Shown: positions 62,819 through 64,000 of the stretch, piece after piece | Numbering within the stretch: the stretch's first letter is position 1 | Layout of the letters: each line of letters starts with the position of its first letter | Notes under the pieces: generated by a model | Told to the model about the DNA's origin: nothing | Database searches by the model: none | What the model saw: the letters and a program-made list of their open reading frames with translations, nothing else | Source of the DNA: Chitinophaga pinensis | GTDB taxonomy: Bacteria; Verrucomicrobiota; Verrucomicrobiia; Limisphaerales; JAEYXS01 | Direction: 5' to 3' | Length of the DNA stretch: 64,000 nt | Assembly: GCA_943367715.1 (NCBI GenBank) | Contig: CALRJY020000029.1 | Coordinates: 41-64,040 of the forward strand | Program-made: the position numbers and the translations under genes

Positions 62819-64000
62819 TCAGCGTTGCTCCTGTTTTAAGACTCGATGGACGGCTTCACACAAAGTGCGGGCGGTATTGGGTTTGAGCAGCAGCTCCTTA
62901 AAACCCGCCTCCCGCGCGGTTTCTGCCGTCATCGTGCCGCTGTATCCCGTGGTTAGGATGATGGGCAGAGTGGGCCGGATTTTCAGCAGCTCACGGGCTA
63001 GGGCCGCCCCGTTCATGGACGGCATGGTGTAATCCGTGAGGACCAGATCAAAATCGGAAGGACGCTCTCGAAAAACAGACAGCGCCGTCAGCGCACTATT
63101 CTGCACGGTTACGCGATACCCCTGCCGCTCCAGCACCGTCTTGGCGACAGTTGCCAAAGGCACCTCATCGTCCACAAAGAGGATTCGTTCACCACCGCCA
63201 GCAGGCGACGGGGACAATTTAGGTTCGGCCTCTACCGATCCGTCTTCATACGCCGGAAAATAAAGATGAAACGTGGTTCCCTGACCGGGCTGACTATGCA
63301 CGGAGATGCCGCCGTCATGGCTTTTCATGATGCCATGCACCACCGAAAGACCGAGTCCCGTGCCTTCACCGGGCGCCTTGGTGGTGAAGAAAGGTTCGTA
63401 GATACGGTCCTGAGTGGTTTGATCCATGCCGCACCCCGTATCACTCACAGATAACCGGACATAGTTCCCCGGACGCAGCTCGGGATGGTCCCGCACAAAA
63501 TTTTCATCTACTTTGAAATCAGCCAGCTCCACGCTCAAGGTTCCGGACGTTTCTCGCATGGCATGCCAGGCGTTTGTTCCCAGATTCATCACTGCTTGAT
63601 GAACCTCAGTAGGATCGGCCAGAGTGATCCGCGTTTTGGCGAGCTTGCTCTGGAACTCGATGGTGGCCGGGACCGTGGCGCGTAACAGCTTTAGCACCTC
63701 CCGCACCACGTGCTGCAGTTGTGCTGGCTGGCGTTTCTGTTCTCGCCTGCTGCTGAACGCCAAAATCTGCTTCACCAGATCCGTCGCGCGTCGTGAGGCC
63801 TGCGTCACGGCGTCCAGAGACTCCGTCACCGCCGGATTATCCCCCGCATCAAGCCGCGCCATTTCCGTGTAACCAAGGATGGCCCCTAAAATATTGTTAA
63901 AATCATGGGCTACGCCGCCGGCCAGCTGGCCGATGGCTTCCATCTTTTGCGCCTGCCGCAACTGCTGCTCCAGTTTGGCCCGCTCGGCTTGCGAAAGCAG
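62819..64000 (-). CDS. hybrid sensor histidine kinase (HisKA plus HATPase plus receiver), 5' end outside the window
   Basis: H-box [13 protein letters not shown] boxes ([24 protein letters not shown]). C-terminal receiver ILFVDDE...[14 protein letters not shown]. The reading frame stays open upstream of the Met at 63961 to the window edge. Confidence 0.85.
   Translation of the reverse strand: MLSQAERAKLEQQLRQAQKMEAIGQLAGGVAHDFNNILGAILGYTEMARLDAGDNPAVTESLDAVTQASRRATDLVKQILAFSSRREQKRQPAQLQHVVREVLKLLRATVPATIEFQSKLAKTRITLADPTEVHQAVMNLGTNAWHAMRETSGTLSVELADFKVDENFVRDHPELRPGNYVRLSVSDTGCGMDQTTQDRIYEPFFTTKAPGEGTGLGLSVVHGIMKSHDGGISVHSQPGQGTTFHLYFPAYEDGSVEAEPKLSPSPAGGGERILFVDDEVPLATVAKTVLERQGYRVTVQNSALTALSVFRERPSDFDLVLTDYTMPSMNGAALARELLKIRPTLPIILTTGYSGTMTAETAREAGFKELLLKPNTARTLCEAVHRVLKQEQR

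Overview
High-GC (roughly 55-60% by eye) bacterial chromosomal window. Protein styles suggest the PVC superphylum, probably Verrucomicrobiota: WD40-fused Ser/Thr kinases, giant repeat exoproteins, and secreted proteins ending in a '...FFRL'-type beta domain. This taxonomic call is an inference. All family calls rest on motif recognition in the supplied translations; no searches were run.

Layout:
(i) 1-5.7 kb: secreted GH26-like hydrolase, several hypothetical genes, an FMN reductase.
(ii) 5.7-35.3 kb: accessory region made of two tandem cassettes. Each opens with a paralogous small XRE-type HTH gene and carries an ECF sigma factor, a membrane Ser/Thr kinase with a large WD40 region, and a multi-kb exoprotein operon.
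- Cassette 1 (+ strand): a 2654-aa collagen-like / CBM-like / tail-fibre-like / 4x BNR-propeller protein plus a small secreted protein.
- Cassette 2 (- strand, convergent): a 2814-aa TpsA with about 20 MBG repeats and an unusual Gly/Ala-rich hydrophobic C-terminus, plus its TpsB transporter.
- The three cassette junctions share a cgtNtagca core flanked by recurring left and right arms. This is an att-like or tandem-duplication signature, yet no recombinase is present.
(iii) 35.4-64 kb: mostly housekeeping or ordinary genes.
- Gfo/Idh/MocA oxidoreductase, Bcp peroxiredoxin, GT-C membrane protein, RNase R, uracil-DNA glycosylase family protein, protoglobin.
- A GbsR-regulated 8-gene membrane/redox operon, and a BNR_4-like secreted protein.
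- An IS200-like/RAYT Y1 transposase next to a nested 200-bp palindrome.
- ABC-F ATPase, RRM RNA-binding protein, IF-1, tRNA-Pro(CGG), two amidohydrolases, a response regulator and a truncated hybrid histidine kinase.

The most interesting signal is the duplicated 'XRE / ECF sigma / WD40-kinase / giant exoprotein' cassette family and its junction structure. No CRISPR array or rRNA was seen. Many long antisense ORFs are GC-driven shadows.
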